Origin: Dudresnaya verticillata
Taxonomy: Eukaryota
DNA: 64,000 bases
Assembly: GCA_977862235.1 (NCBI GenBank)
Contig: OZ374558.1
Span: 124,001-188,000 of the forward strand
Reading direction: 5' to 3'
This document shows positions 47,956 to 61,254 of the stretch, in pieces. The number at the start of each line of letters is the position of its first letter. Positions within the stretch are counted from its first letter, which is position 1. The notes beneath the pieces were generated by a model. That model ran no database searches. It was not told where the DNA came from and saw only the letters and a list, made by a program, of their open reading frames with translations. The translations under genes were made by a program, and so were the position numbers.

Positions 47956-50900
47956 AGACCTTTGCCTGCGTGAAGATAGCGGCGACAAGAGGACGCTGAT
48001 ACCCAACGAAGCTTGCGAATAATTTCGGTACATGCCATTTCGTGTAGGTAGTCAAAGGTGGCGCCGCCGTGTCGGAATGAGTGAAGAGTAGACCCAGATG
48101 TGTGTAGGTCCAACGCTGCAAGTACCTCTTTGAGGGCCGATGCCAGCTGACTGTAACTGTAGCGGAACAGACGATGCGATGCGCGTTGAGCGTTCTGGCA
48201 GGAGAGCTGGTATATAATCCTTCGCAGTAAACGTCTGTCACATAGAGGAACGAACGGAATGTGACCAGCTTTCGCATCCCTAATGGTGCAACCGTCACGG
48301 GCCGTTACTCGCGATGAATATAGCCGTGGGTCCCCGGGAAAGAAAGGTCTGTAGGTCGCAGTGATAGGATCTCCATTATTAGTAGGTACCCGTGAAATTG
48401 CAGCGAAAAGAGTAGCGCAAGGTCTACCTGGCCATGGTGGAGGTAGTATCCCGCAATTGTCTCCATGGGTTTTCCGTAAAGCGGTGGCAGTGAGCAGGAA
48501 GGCACCAGGCGGTTCCATCTCTGTAGCGCGAGACATGCCTCCCTGAAGAAACGATATGATTGTTGCAGAAAGGACTCGACACCGCAGAGAGTATTTGTCA
48601 TGGCCTGTCGTTGTCCACGTCTCGGATTGGCGTCGAAGAGCACCACTGCGTATTCGGCAAGGTCTCTGTCAAGGCCGGTGAGGAGAAGTATCTCTGGATG
48701 AGCGTGTCGTAGCCACGTCGAAAAATTCGAAGCGGCTTTGCGGTATGCCAGTATGGTGGCAGGCTTGTAGCCAGCGTCCTGTAAGAAGGGTGGTCTACAC
48801 AGGGCCTCCCGAAGGAGGACGTGTGCCGTGCATGCGAGGCTTTTGCCGCCCAGGCGTTGCGCGCGAGGGGCCATCGGCCGGGTTTAACTCGGACGGTACC
48901 CAGTAGAGAAGTATTTGAACGTCCACCAGCCGTTGAGCCGTGGCAAACCGTCGGCAAAGTTTGTTCAGTGCCGAGGACGAAGAGCGACCCTTGCCTAGGT
49001 CTCCCAAGGCGGAGGTGTTGTCAACCAACAACATCACTTTCTGGTCTCGGATGGCAGGAGAGCGGCGCATGTGTCGAACTGCCAAAATAGCCGCCTATAT
49101 CTAGAGAATATTTATATGCTGTTTAAACCGCCATCTCGTGGAAAAAGCGGTGTTGATGTCTGGCGCCCGGACAGCTGCCTCGAAACCACGAGGTATTGGA
49201 GTGGGCAAGGCCTTCAGCGTCTGGAGAGCTGAATTCGACACGACCTCTCAGAGCCGAGTACTAGACCTTTTGAATTCTGGTCTCAGCAATAGCCCCCGTA
49301 AACATTTCCAGCTCAGAAGAAGTTAGGTCACAGTAGACCACGCCACCTACAGTCATACTAGCATCCGAAGCGTAGACCGGGGTGCTGCTTGGCATTCGAA
49401 GGTCGGAATGCATGAGTGGGAACAAATCCAGGAGAATGCTGAGTTATACACGTACATCAAGGGGCAATCGAAGCGGCTTGTCAGACCTGGGTAGCGCCAC
49501 AAACGCGAAAGAGGCGTCAAGGACGGAGAGCAACCCTCGTCTTAGCAAACATTCCCAGATCCAAATACCCAACAAACTCCCCGACACCTTTGGGGAGGCA
49601 AGTCTACTCGACAGTAGCCGTTCTGTCCGCGTCTTTAGTCTCCTCGAATTCAGGGGCTTGATAGTGAGGGCGCCTTCCGGCCACCACCATAAACCCAAAG
49701 CCTCCCCAGGCCTGGTGGTTGGTGCCAATTGGCGCTTGTGGGGCGCGTCGGGAAGGTGGAACGCGGCTAGTGTCGCTATCAGCTTCTGGGTAGAGCGGTT
49801 AGCCTCGAAAGAAAAATTGGACATGACCGTCATATCATCGACATAAACCAGAAGCGTGCCCATTGAGTGGCGTACGACGCGCGGGTGCAACTCGGACGAT
49901 AGAATCGAGCGAGAGACCCCGGCCCGCCGAGCGATTGCGAGAGAGGCGGCTTGCGCCAGACGGACAGCAAAGGTAGCACCCATGGGGATACACTTCAGGC
50001 AAGGGACAACGAACTCCACGCCCAGTTCCACACACACGAGTGACGCGCGCACCCGAGGCACACCCAAAAAGGGGGTCAAGAAGGCGGGGGGCCTGAGTCG
50101 GTCGTAGAACTGCGCAATCGCAGCTGGCCAAGTGGAGCTGGTGACCCGGGGGTAAGAGTAGGGTTGAGCGAAGGGCTGAGCTGGGAAGCTCGACATGGCT
50201 GGCCTCACTTCTAAACAGAGCGTTCGAATTATTCCCTCCCCAAATAAGCCTCTGGGACTTTCCGACTTCTTTCCATACTCCAAACAGCGAATTCTCGATG
50301 ACGTCTGGGTCTGGTGCCAGGAATGTCACCATGCTGCTTTCTGCCATCTTAGTCAAAAGCGCGGGGTAGTGCCCCTGCTTTACTCCAAAATAAACCCGGC
50401 CTCTCCCGGCAGGCAGCATTGGCCACTCAGACTTGGGTTTGATCAAAAAGGATTTCTGTGATAAGGTATTGTTCCTCCGGGAACAAAATGTCCCGGAGGT
50501 CAGCGGTTACGGCTATGAACGGGCCGGGTATGGCCGCCAACTCTGAATCCAGTCGGCCGTAGTCCCCCCGGTCCAGGTCCCCACAGTACGCGAAGGGGGG
50601 GCAGACGCGTCATATTCACGTGCGACCTCGTTGTCCAACACAGCGGTGCGGGTAACCGCCTCCCACCACTGCGCACGGACCTGTTCGTTCGAAGTTTCGC
50701 GCCTGTCAGGCGCGTCATCGCTCGGCAGGTCCGGTTTGCCCGTCTCTAACCATCTCATGGCAGCTGCCAGTCTCGTGCCTGGTGATAACTGGTAGCCCCA
50801 ATTGCGAGGTGGAAGAGACTTGGGGTCCGGCCGAATTGTTTCTTTCTCTAGCTCAGCTCCTCCGGCTCCACCACGCTTCCTGTTCCTACGCCCATGCACC

Positions 50901-52560
50901 CCAGCATCTTCACCAAGTAGGCTCCGCGAAATCTTCTGTCCATTGACATCGACTTCTCGATGACCCACAGACGCCTGACCAGCCTCTCGACCGTCCCGGA
51001 GTAGATGATGTGGGTGGGGGTGAAACTTGTTGAGAAGACAGGCCAGGATCAGTCCCGCGATCACGATCTCCCGCGCTATGTACCCGTCGGCGGAGTCCTT
51101 CTCTGGCGGCCCGGCCCTGGCCGCACGGCCGTTGAGCCAGTGGATGAACGAACTGTGGCTCATCCACTGATGAAGGAGGCGTGGCGCTTTCTGGGGACTG
51201 GCCGGGAAGGAGAGAATGTCCGCCAGCCGGCTGCCCGGCCTGATCTTGTGAATCTTGCCGTCCTCTAGCTATTCCAGGCAGTGGTGCGGGTCCTCTGTAA
51301 GCCCAGTGGATCGGCACAGTGCCTTCTTCACGCGCTCCCCTTCGCTGAAATATTTCAGGAATTTGTGAAGATCTTTGGGGTGGTGATATCTAGCGGACGG
51401 GCTCGAAAAGCTCCTCGAAGTGCTTGCCCCCCTGAACAAGAATGCCCAGCATCTTGCTCGAGAGGCCAGAGAACTTTGGGTGGGATCTCCGTCCATGAAC
51501 GGGGTGCTTCTCGCTAGCATCCAGGGAGAAATTCGAACCCGCGTCAGAGCCATCATCGTTCCCAAAGCCGTTGCTCGAAGTTGAGCTACGGACAGAGCGC
51601 AGCGACCGCTGAGCTGTGGGCTCGCGGTGGTCCCCACGGCGCCGTTCCCTGCGTGATGTCCGCGGGCCCCTAGTGCCTTCGGATTCGTCAGACTTCCCGG
51701 GGCCCTTGCCGGCCTCGGCCAAGAATCCCCCATCGTTTTAAGCCTCCATCTCGCGCTCGGGTTCGGAGCCCGTCAAATCTCCGCCATCTCCTGGCCCCTC
51801 GGGTTCCTTGAGATACGATTCCAGAACTCGCCGACAGGATGCCGATCACGGTGAGGAGGGCTCCGCTCCATTGGCTATAAAGGCATCTAGAAACCTTGTA
51901 TCTGGAACGTCGAGTTCACGCAGGGCTTCACAGTTCCAAACCTCCCGGAATATCCGACACTTCTCGGCAATTGTAGAATCGTAGAGCCGCCCCACAAACC
52001 CATCGGCAGTAGAAACTGGGACGCACGAGGACCAGAACGCGAGAAGCCTCTTGGCCGCTTGAGCAGGCCATATCGAGGGCATATGGAACCAAGACGGATT
52101 GTTTGAAGCCGTGGGGACCTCAGAACACTTCAGAGCAAGGGCGTTCAAGGCACGGGATATCGGCACAGAAGCTCTGTGCGGGCTTTCCTTAATGAACGTT
52201 GCGCAAAGAGATTCCCCCACAGCAATTCGCCCAGACTCGTCTTCTACACGGGCGCTCCAAGCACGCCGAGCATCAGAGATAATTTTTGGTGATGTTCGAG
52301 TATGAGCACTGTGCAGCAAGTAGACGGCCCTGATTTCCGCCTTATAGTCTTCGGCCCCCGCTTCGTTAACAGGGACAAGGATTTTGTCGCGGAAATTCCC
52401 TGGAAGCGCACTGGCAAGCTCGAACAGCATCGTGCGAAGGTCATTCTGATTGGCGTCCTCGAGGTGAGGAGCAACGCTCTCACCCCAAGGAAGAGAGCGA
52501 AAGAAAGAAAGGTACGCTGTCCCCTTCAACTGCTTCAACTGCTGTGGTGCGTCCGAAGGA

Positions 52561-55500
52561 CCCTAGTGGACATTATCCCCGCAAATGGAGGACATTGGGA
52601 GGATATGGTGAGTGGCCAGTTGGAGGACCACTGGAGCACGGTGTGAGTCCTCCATAATACTCCACGTGTCCTCCCTATGTCATCTGATTGCTCGATTTGC
52701 ACTCCAATGGCACTCCATTTCCAGAACATTAACGCCGATTTGAGGCGCCCCGACAATATTTTATATTTAATTGCAATGCTGTCTCAAAGCTCTACTTGGA
52801 TCTGCGCCATTGGTAGCGCATTACCTCGAGCTCGCTTCGCACTGGTCGAAAATACTGAGCGATTATTGGTCGAAGCCTTTGTCCACATTGTTTACTGTCC
52901 GATCAGTGCGAGCGAACACGGTAGGCCGCCCGCCTCCCCGGTACTCGCCGCCGCTTCGTCGCTCCAGCGCCCCCAGTGCCACGCCTACACCGCCGCCACC
53001 ACTGTGGTGCAAAACGTCTAGGACGGAAAAGCACGCTCGGGCAGTTCGAGACCCAGCGGGTAGCACGTCAGAGACGGTAGGGGTGGTAGAGCATGGACAA
53101 ACCGACAAGGCGGACTGTAAACGCCCTGGGCGGTAGGTCGAAACCAAAGAAACGAAACAAGACGGAAATGGAAACACGTCAACAACGGTGTTGAACGTGG
53201 AGGGACGGGGGTACCGACGCTTTGCCTAACGGAAGCGGTGGCGACGCACACACTAGCGCGAAGGGGCATTCGGCTACCAAGGCCATAAAGGGGAAAACAC
53301 GTCCACGACGGAGTGGATGAGTGCGCGGTAGTCCGGCACGTATCCCACGCTAATAGCGGTGATGTCCGCTCTTGTGCGCGGGTGGTGAAGAACTGCCGAG
53401 CTTCTCGGGGGGAAAACAAAAGGGGATCCATGTCAAAGACGGACATTGACGCGGAATCGCGATCGTCGCAACGCGTAGCCAACGTAGATAGCGGCAGTGA
53501 CGCTAACGAGCGAAGGGGCGAAGTGTGAAGGCAGACCAGCTTGCCGGGGTTTACTGTGACGTCCTAGACGGGTTACCTAAGTATTACTACTGCTGCGTGG
53601 GCTACGGCGGTGGCGCTACGGCGCGCGGGAACTCAGGACACGTGTCGTTCCGTCGTGCGTCTGACAAGCGCCCTCAGAATGCAGCCGTGCGCCGGACACA
53701 TTTGCCCACGCCACCGCGCGCGCCGCGCTAATGCTTACACCTACACGTGTTCACGCACCGCGCTTACAGACTCTTGGTCCCATGGTCCTCCGCTGCCCTG
53801 TGACACGTGCCACGTGTGCAAGTATGCCACGGGGCGCGGCAGCATGCCCCAGTAACTACACCCCACGCGTTCTCTCCACCCGACATTGCCGTCACTATCC
53901 GCTGGGAGCGGGAGGTCTGGTTCTTGACCAAGTTGCCCGACAAAGTCGAATGACTAGCGCCATCGGCGGAAACAGGGATCACGAGCGGGTTCGCGCCTCG
54001 AGCTCGATCCCAGTCGCCAAAGGCGGTGAAAACGTCACAGACGGGAGGGATCCGTCTAGGAAGGTATAGAGCGCCAGTGACGTGGGATAATCTGCACCAT
54101 AGCCACCACCAACGCGACCCCGGCTGTGGCCTGGAGGCAGTCGCGCCCACCTTACTGCTTCCCACGAAGCCAACTCCATCAGCCCAGTCGCTGCCGCTTT
54201 CTCGACGGCGATGCGGGAACAACCACGTCGGCTGGCCTCTCCATAATCACGTTCTGCCCCAAAGTGCTCCAGCAATATCAGTTCGCCTCATTCGGCGGGC
54301 GTCGTCGATTGAGGATACCACACTGCAATTCGCAGCACTTATTGTACCCTTTTAACGGATTCTAGTTGTTCCCCGGCGTGCGCGACGAGAAAGCCCTCCT
54401 AGAACCCGGTTGACCCCATCTGAGGATGCGCTGCTCTCCTCAAGTAGCCTGTCGTAATTTCGGTGAGGATCGAGCACGAACGTTTTCCGACCGGAGCGCG
54501 AGGACACGTTGCTCACATCGGGTTATGTGTGCTCCACAACCCCGATCGTGTTCCTGACTGACGCTGCTGGCACAACAGTTGCGTTACCAAAGCGTTGTTC
54601 AGGAGACCCGTCTCGGTAAACCTGCCGTAGTTCAGTCACGTTCAAGTGGTCAACCCAGTCCGCAAGCATCAGCTCCATTGTCAAAACATTCTCGCCAATC
54701 TTAAAGCCGCATGTAAGGAACTTTAGCACTCTGCCATACCAAACGACTCTCTGATCACCATCATGACAAACACTGTTGTCCTGAGCGAAGCATTATTGTT
54801 ATTGGCAGTGAAAGTATCGGTCATGCTGGAACAATAACAGCAAAGTCGAGGGTTGAAGGTTGCTGGCAACTGGAAGGGCGCTGTCAACCCACGGTTGGGT
54901 CTATCAGAAATGAGATTGCCACGAAACTTGATCTTATTGAGCTTTGAAGTTGTTTGACAGGCACGGTCTTCTGGGCCTCCACAACACTTTGTGTGTCCGC
55001 AGTGCGAGATTTTCGCACCACCTCTTTCTTCAGTTTGCAAGCGGACTCGTTATCCTCGTTGGGATTAGGGGCCGCTGTATGCCGCCATACAGACAACGTC
55101 AAAGCTCTTGAGATCTGGCCTTGTTTAGGAAGCGATCTATGGTGGCTGTCGGGGACTGAGCGAGCGGTTTTATTGACGGGAGATGCGAGCCAAACTGCTA
55201 CCTTAACTAGAAGACTCTCGCGAACGACAGAAACGGATTACCACTCGGCAGCCTGTCTCCTCAACCTTCGCTCTCCCCACCACCAACCGCCGCAAGCATC
55301 GCACAATGCCGCGCCTCGCCCCCGTCCTCCTCCTCCCCCTCCCCACGGCCCTCTTCACGCTCTCCCTTGCCACAACGCGCATGCTGCGCAACCGGGTGAA
55401 GGTCCCGCCTTTTACGGCAACGATATCACGCACCGGTTCGATCCATTTCCCGTCCATCCCGCTCTTCCTCCGCTCCTTCGATCCCTCAAACTCAAACGCA

Positions 55501-56250
55501 CCACCCGCACACGCTTTACCGCAACCTCCTCCATCCTCCCAAACCTCGTCCCAGCGACCGCCACGCTTCGCCGCGCCACCCTAACGCTCGCCCTCACCGG
55601 CGGCTTAGGCGGCCGGACCGGCTTGCGGGCACACGAAACTTCCATTGAGGGGACGGAGCTTTCTGTCAATGTACCCGCTAAGGTAGCTACCGTTCTTCAG
55701 CGCGCACAACCTGGGTAGACTGGCCTTCTGTGCCGATCGTGAGGCTTGCACGGAGTCAGGGAGTAATCTGGTCGCAGGATTATCAATTTGATATACCCCA
55801 AGCGAAGTCCGCCTTTTGCCAATATGGCAAGCTCCTTGAGCTTGCATTGTAAGTCGAACTGCCGTTGCTCGTTTGGATATCGGGTGTGGTAGCGATGATG
55901 CATCTGCCAGAGCCACCGGTAGGGGAGTGAACGCGCTGATTTAGGACACGGGCGGTTGGAGGCTGTGTTGACGATGGCGGGGGAAGATTGGTCTTGTTTG
56001 CGCCCTGACCGAGCATGCGTGGGCTGGTGCGCGGGAAGTGCGGTATCTATGACATTGTTGGACGATATGACCTCCGTACTATGATGCTCCATACGTGCTC
56101 CAAATATGTAACAAAAACAGTATCAAACCGTGCCTCCCAGACGACACCTCCAAATATCCTCCATTTAACTTTTCCGTGCTCCACACATCCTCCAATTATC
56201 CTCTATATCCTCCACGTAGCCTCCAAAAGCAAGGATAATGTCCACTAGGG
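52561..56250. mobile_element. CACTA/EnSpm-like (CCCTA-ended) DNA transposon, non-autonomous or decayed
   Basis: Perfect 18-bp TIR CCCTAGTGGACATTATCC, ~80 bp of TGGAGGA-type subterminal repeats at both ends, and a 3-bp TSD GGA/GTA. Coding remnants on - at ~54400-55100. Confidence 0.8.
53003..54101 (-). mobile_element. Solo LTR (family A), inverted copy of 8302-9403
   Basis: High full-length identity to the reverse complement of 8302-9403. TSD ACCAC/GCCAC. Confidence 0.9.
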
Positions 56251-56536
56251 GTATCGGTATCTAGTAGAGCGCACTCAATCATTTCGAGACTACACTAGGG
56301 CAAACACGACGACTCGGAGACAAGGGGGTTACGTGAAACCTATAGGTCAGAAAAGAGGGCAGCAATACCCCGCGACTCAGCTAAGCCCCTATGCACAGCT
56401 CTACTTTTACTACTCCTGACGCTCGCGCTCTAGAGCACAACCGGGGCATTAGGGTACAGAGTGCCCGACAGCGTCGGCGCAAGTGCAATTGAGCATCGCC
56501 GAATTGGCGACGTTTAGCGCGTTCCTGCCACGACCA

Positions 56537-57897
56537 CTATCGTTGAGACGCGCGAAGAGTCCTGTCTTTGGGACAGATACAGAGTCCGGCCCCGTGGCCC
56601 TTCGCTTCCTTCTTTGCCATGCTCGAAGAAATCCATTTTTCGAAAATCCATTCCTCGGCCATTAACGTAACCAAGTGTGCGGGCGGCCCGCTGTTGAAAG
56701 CCGGCGGATCCCGGAGAAATCCGTACGGAGGATTATATGGCACATTCTGCGGAACCAAGCGATGAGCGCGAGCAACCGAAGCCGTCGTTCGATGTTTCAT
56801 ACACGGATTGTACCACACGTAATCACCACATGTGGCGTGCGCCCGACGTATCAAATGTGGCGGCCTATTCGCCGTACGGCGCTTGTTCTCAAACGGCACT
56901 TCGGGCGGGTCGTCCCAGTTCAGGGCTTCCCCATAATTTCGTAATGTCCATAACTCTTCGCAGTTGCGACGGAAACCGAGTGCCTCGGACAAGTCCAGGT
57001 TCTGGAATAATTACTCGAATGCTGGTGGGAGATAGAACATATGAAACGTGTCGTATACCTCCTGTAGTGCAACCCTCCGAATGAGGTTCGCAACCAACAC
57101 AACCCACGAGTCCGACGTGGGAGGGTATCCGCGGTGACGCGTGTGAGCGCGTCGGTGCGTGGTAGGGTAGAGCAAGGGGAAGGCCCCAGTGTGCGGACTG
57201 TAAACACACACCAAAGCCGTGTGAGCACGCAGTGAGCCAGAAGGTGGGGGCACCGGCACAACAAGCGTGCGAACACGAAGGTAGAAAAGGGTGTCAGCAC
57301 CACAGGCATACGTAGCCCAGCTCCGCGATGGCTTCACTCGCCAAGCGCACGGAGGTAGGGGGTACCCGAAGTGTGGAGCCGAAGCTTGGTTGGGTTTACT
57401 GTAGGAGGTCGGTCCTAGCCCCTTAAGTCCCACCGCCGGCGGCGGCGCCGCGGCGGTGGCGACTAGGGCTACTGTACACTAGCACAAAAACTAACACTAG
57501 AGTACAATAAAGTAACACTACAACAGCACAGTGTACCGACTGTACACCGACGCCAGCACGCTGTAAGACTTGTAATGACGCGTGCTGTGCGCGTGTGCAC
57601 GTGTCACTCGTGTTGTGCGTATCTTGCGCGCGCTTGCGTGGCGGTGGCTGTAAGGCGGCGAGTAGTGCGGCCCTGTAAGGGCGACGGCGGGGGAAAGCCC
57701 CAAGCGTGGGCGCGGGCCCACTGTAGTGGGCAGCCACGGTCGAATGGGAAAGCCCAGCTTGGCGGCGCGCGTCGCGGACGCGCGCGAGCGATCACGCGCA
57801 AAATGGGGTTATCAACCCCCAGCTCGGAGAGGGCCTGGGCGTTGCACCACACCTCCCACAACCAAGCATACACCACGTTGGGGGCCCATTCCGTATA
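56537..57897 (-). pseudogene. Second copy of the LTR-retrotransposon accessory ORF, split by a solo LTR
   Basis: YTEWAPNVVYAWLWE|VYDTFHMFYLPP...NCEELWTLR...NWDDP...CGDYVWYNP matches FTEWVINVTYAWMREVYDTFRIYYVPP...NCQEFWDLR...NWDDP...CGDWVWYNP. Confidence 0.8.
57063..57851 (-). mobile_element. Solo LTR, 789 bp (family B)
   Basis: Termini TGTAGTGCAAC...GTTGCACCACA with a perfect TSD CCTCC (57058-57062, 57852-57856). Confidence 0.92.
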
Positions 57898-58713
57898 TGT
57901 GGCATAGACGTCAATACGACCTAACGTCTAGCGCGGCTGGTCTCGTCGTCGCACCAAGACCCGTCGAAGGGTGGTACCAGTAGGTGGTAGAACGGTGGTG
58001 TCGGCAAGCGCGACGTCAACGGTCGCGGATCAACGGCCTCGAAGCCTGAGCGCGCACGGGGCGGACCGTACGCGGGCGGCAGCGGCCGGATCCCTGCGTC
58101 CCCGTCGTGGGATGGCACGAAGCCGACGGTGGGAAAAGGAAAAGGAAAGCCTAGGCGGCTAGGGAAAGAGGGAAGCCGTAGGGCGAAAGACTGGGAAAGA
58201 ATCCCAAAGCAGAAAGGGGCAAGCCTGCCGTAGGCTGGCTTGCCTTTGTTTACTCAAGCCCGGAGGGGCGACTACTAAATCGACAACAGGGCCTGCGGCA
58301 GCACCAACGCGGGAGGTGCGATGGCGCGCCCCAACACGTGTCGAAGCATACGGGTAACGGTAACCCGGGGGCGCGGTCCACACGTACTCGACGCCGGAGT
58401 GCGCACGCGCGTGTCACGTACTCAGCGGCTCTGCATCGGGGTGCGTGCGCACGGCGCGCCGGACAGCAGGGCGTTCGAACGCCGCTTACACTATACTTAC
58501 TGTATACTACACAATAATAGTCTTACAAGTTACACGGGAGTGTCAGTGTCACACGCGTACATGCGTACGCGCGGGCGCCACAGCGCATCTCCTTACAGTT
58601 CAGCGAAGCTTCGGCGCCACGAGCTGACAGAATGCGCACAGAGGTGCACACGTCGCGCAGCTGGTCTAACAGCTGCGCGGGCGTGGCATAGCTGCTCTTA
58701 CAGCTATGCCACA
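57898..58713. mobile_element. LTR (family C), no matching TSD
   Basis: Perfect 10-bp inverted termini TGTGGCATAG...CTATGCCACA. Similar to 44268-45036. Confidence 0.75.
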
Positions 58714-59302
58714 CAAGCGCGAACGCCTGGGTGGCGACCGTTACAGCGCTCAGAGGTGGCCAAAGCGGCAGCGGGGTTTCCCGGGCGCCTGTCCGGGACG
58801 GACATGGATGTCCGTGAGAGACCCGAGCTGAGAAATACGACCTTCGACGGTCGTCTCAGAAAAAGGCGCGACCTGTGACGGTCGCGCTAGGGAGTGCTGA
58901 GCACCAGCCCTTGCCACAGTTAACTGTCGTGCAGAGGCCCAACGTAGTCGTTTAGGGGGCGCTCTTCCACCTTCGACACCCGCTGAGCCCACCAAAACGG
59001 GCGCTAAGAAGGGCGCCGCTAGTGCGGTGGTAGCCGTCCGCGTGTCGTCGACGCCGGCCCGTGTGGGGCGGACTCTGCCGCCCCTCGCCCTTCTGGAGCT
59101 TCACCGCATTCATAGCGTCGATTACGCTGATGCCGGGCCTTCGAAGGGACAGTAACTTGATCTCGATCTCGCGCACTGCGCTTCGACGCGAGTGCGCGCG
59201 AGGAGCTAGCTGTATAGCGGACGCGGCGCTAGATGCGCACACAGCCCCACAGCACACGCACGGCAAGTAGATTGGCGCGTGTGCCACAACACGCGGAGAT
59301 CT

Positions 59303-59610
59303 CTGCGCGTGCGGAAGTGTATTCGCGACGGTCTACGCACGCGCAATACAGTGGATGGGCACGACGCTAGACGCGCGCGTGCCCCGTAATCGGTGGCGCT
59401 AGCTGCGCACGCGGTACTGCGGTACTGTATGCGCGGCGGTCGACGCACGCCCAATACAGTGGGCGGGCACGGCGCTAGACACACACGTGCCCTGTAAACT
59501 GTGGCGCTCTCTGTGCACACGGTACTGTATGCGCGGCAGTCTACACACGCAAAATACAGTGTGGGGGCATTGCGCTAGGCGCGCGAGCCCTACAATCTGG
59601 TGCGCGTCGA
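59303..59610. repeat. Diverged ~100-bp tandem repeat x3
   Basis: Units begin at ~59303, 59403 and 59511 and share tgtat.cgcg.c.gtc.ac.cacgc..aatacagtg...gggca...cgctag. Confidence 0.8.
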
Positions 59611-61254
59611 CGCGCACGCAGAACGGGGCGGCCGCTGTGACGCGAGCCCCCCGATGTTGTTTTTATGACGTAAGGCAGCATCAGAACCGCATCGAAGCGT
59701 TTCCAACAGCTTAACGTCCGGCCACGCAGCTGTGTGCGAGCTGGGCTCTCTTTTCGGGCGTTGGAGCTTCGGCGCCGCACCCCCACTATGGGTGCCATAG
59801 TACTCGACCCGCACGAAAGTGGGGGGCCCTTATCATTGGCGTCAATTCCATAACAGGAGGGTTGCCTGCGCGTAAAGCGTCACATCGATGCGGGGCACTG
59901 GCGCAGGTTCATCCAGCAGTGAGCGTCGCGGAACTTCGAGCGCCGGGGGTCATCGCGTCGATGAGGCCCCCCGTGACGTAGCTCAGCGCGTGGCGGCGTC
60001 TGCCGAAGGGCTAAGCGTGCCTGCTGGCACGCTTTGGTGCCAAACCCATCGATGGGTTGGGCGGGACGCTAGTTCCATCGCTTGGTGCCAAGCCGCTACC
60101 GGGCTCCGGGCTTAGGCCCTGAGAGTGCTTAGGGCGGCGGTTTGCACAGCCAACCCCGTGCCAGGGGCGTCAATGCCCCTAGATAAGTGGACAGAGGCCC
60201 AGGAATGTCTAACTGCATTGGGAGATCCCAATTATTTGTGTTTTGGCTACAGTAGACACTGTAGCCTGAATAAAAACGCACGCCTCTGCGCTTTTGGGGA
60301 GCACGCGTCCCAAATTTGAGTGAGCGCGCGCCCGCGGGCCTGTATTTAGCGGGGGCCGGGCGTCTGCCGCGGAGCCCTCCGCCCTCCCACCGTCGTGGTG
60401 GTTGTGCCGCTCATGCCTCGAAGTGCTGCGGTGTAACTCGAATGACGCCAGCCTTCTTGGCTTTGGCGCCCCACATCGGGGTGGTAACCGGCGCCTGTTG
60501 GAGCCCTGCCCGGCTAGATGCCAGGGCGGTGATTGTTGGCTGTTGCCTACGAGCGACTGCAGCGCGGCGTTGTTGGAGGGGGCATCGACGCCTACCCTTC
60601 GCCATCTGCGTGCGGCTGCCACTTGACGTCAATGTCAATGGTGCTCAGGAAGGATGGCGTAGTGGCTCCTCCAGCCGTGTCGCGTCGAGATTCGACGCTC
60701 GTTGCGCGTGTTCATGTGATAAGGCTGCCTGGCCCAGTCGACTCGGCGTGCACATACCTGTGTTTTGCCTGGGCTTCTGCCGCGTGGCGTTGGGGCTTGC
60801 GCCGGCGTTGAGGCGGAGCGTCACTGCCTATCGCCATTTCGTTCGATCTTCGCTTCGGCGTTTGTCAGACAACCCGAGCGACGCCGGTTGTCTTCTGTGT
60901 AGCGGAACGGCGCCACAGTCGGGCGTCGAGCCGGCAGTGCAGAAAGGCGTAGTGCCCATAGTTCTCGCCATGCGCAGTCCGCGGAGCACCCCTGCTCCTT
61001 GGCCTCTGCCATCGGCGTGGGGTGCTTCGCCCAAGTCGGTTTGGGCTGTCGGCTTAGGCAGCCGCAATTCATGCCCATGCCGTGGGGCTTAGGCCCCACT
61101 TGTTCCCCTCGATGGGAAAATGCAAAGGATGCCTGGAGAAAGGCAATGAAAGGCAAAGAAACCATGGGTCCCCCTCCTCAAGTACGAGGCATCCCCACCG
61201 AGGAGGTGGGTGGAGGTGATGCGGCGTCTAGCCGAGAGCTCTTCTTGCGTCTTT

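Larger units (their letters stand above)
47956..56450 (-). mobile_element. DIRS/Ngaro-type YR retrotransposon (ORF1, RT, RNaseH, YR all on -), decayed, with nested insertions
   Basis: RT: LFGVWK..QRLI, IPMGATFAV, LVYVDD. RNaseH: LLVDN...KGRSSS...WVPSELNPADGPSR (48795-49085). YR: QFHGYL, LHSFRHGGAT...LRWVS...RRYL (47956-48874). The right boundary is approximate. Confidence 0.85.

Noticed and set aside
59303..59610. CRISPR-like array (also considered for 2712-2767)
   Set aside because: These are head-to-tail tandem units with no unique spacers, no cas genes are present, and the context is eukaryotic.
52863..61165. Numerous GC-rich ORFs in LTRs and low-complexity regions (e.g. 54954-55718, 58321-58878, 60316-61092)
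   Set aside because: They are Arg/Ala/Pro-rich shadow ORFs overlapping LTRs or antisense strands, with no recognisable domains.
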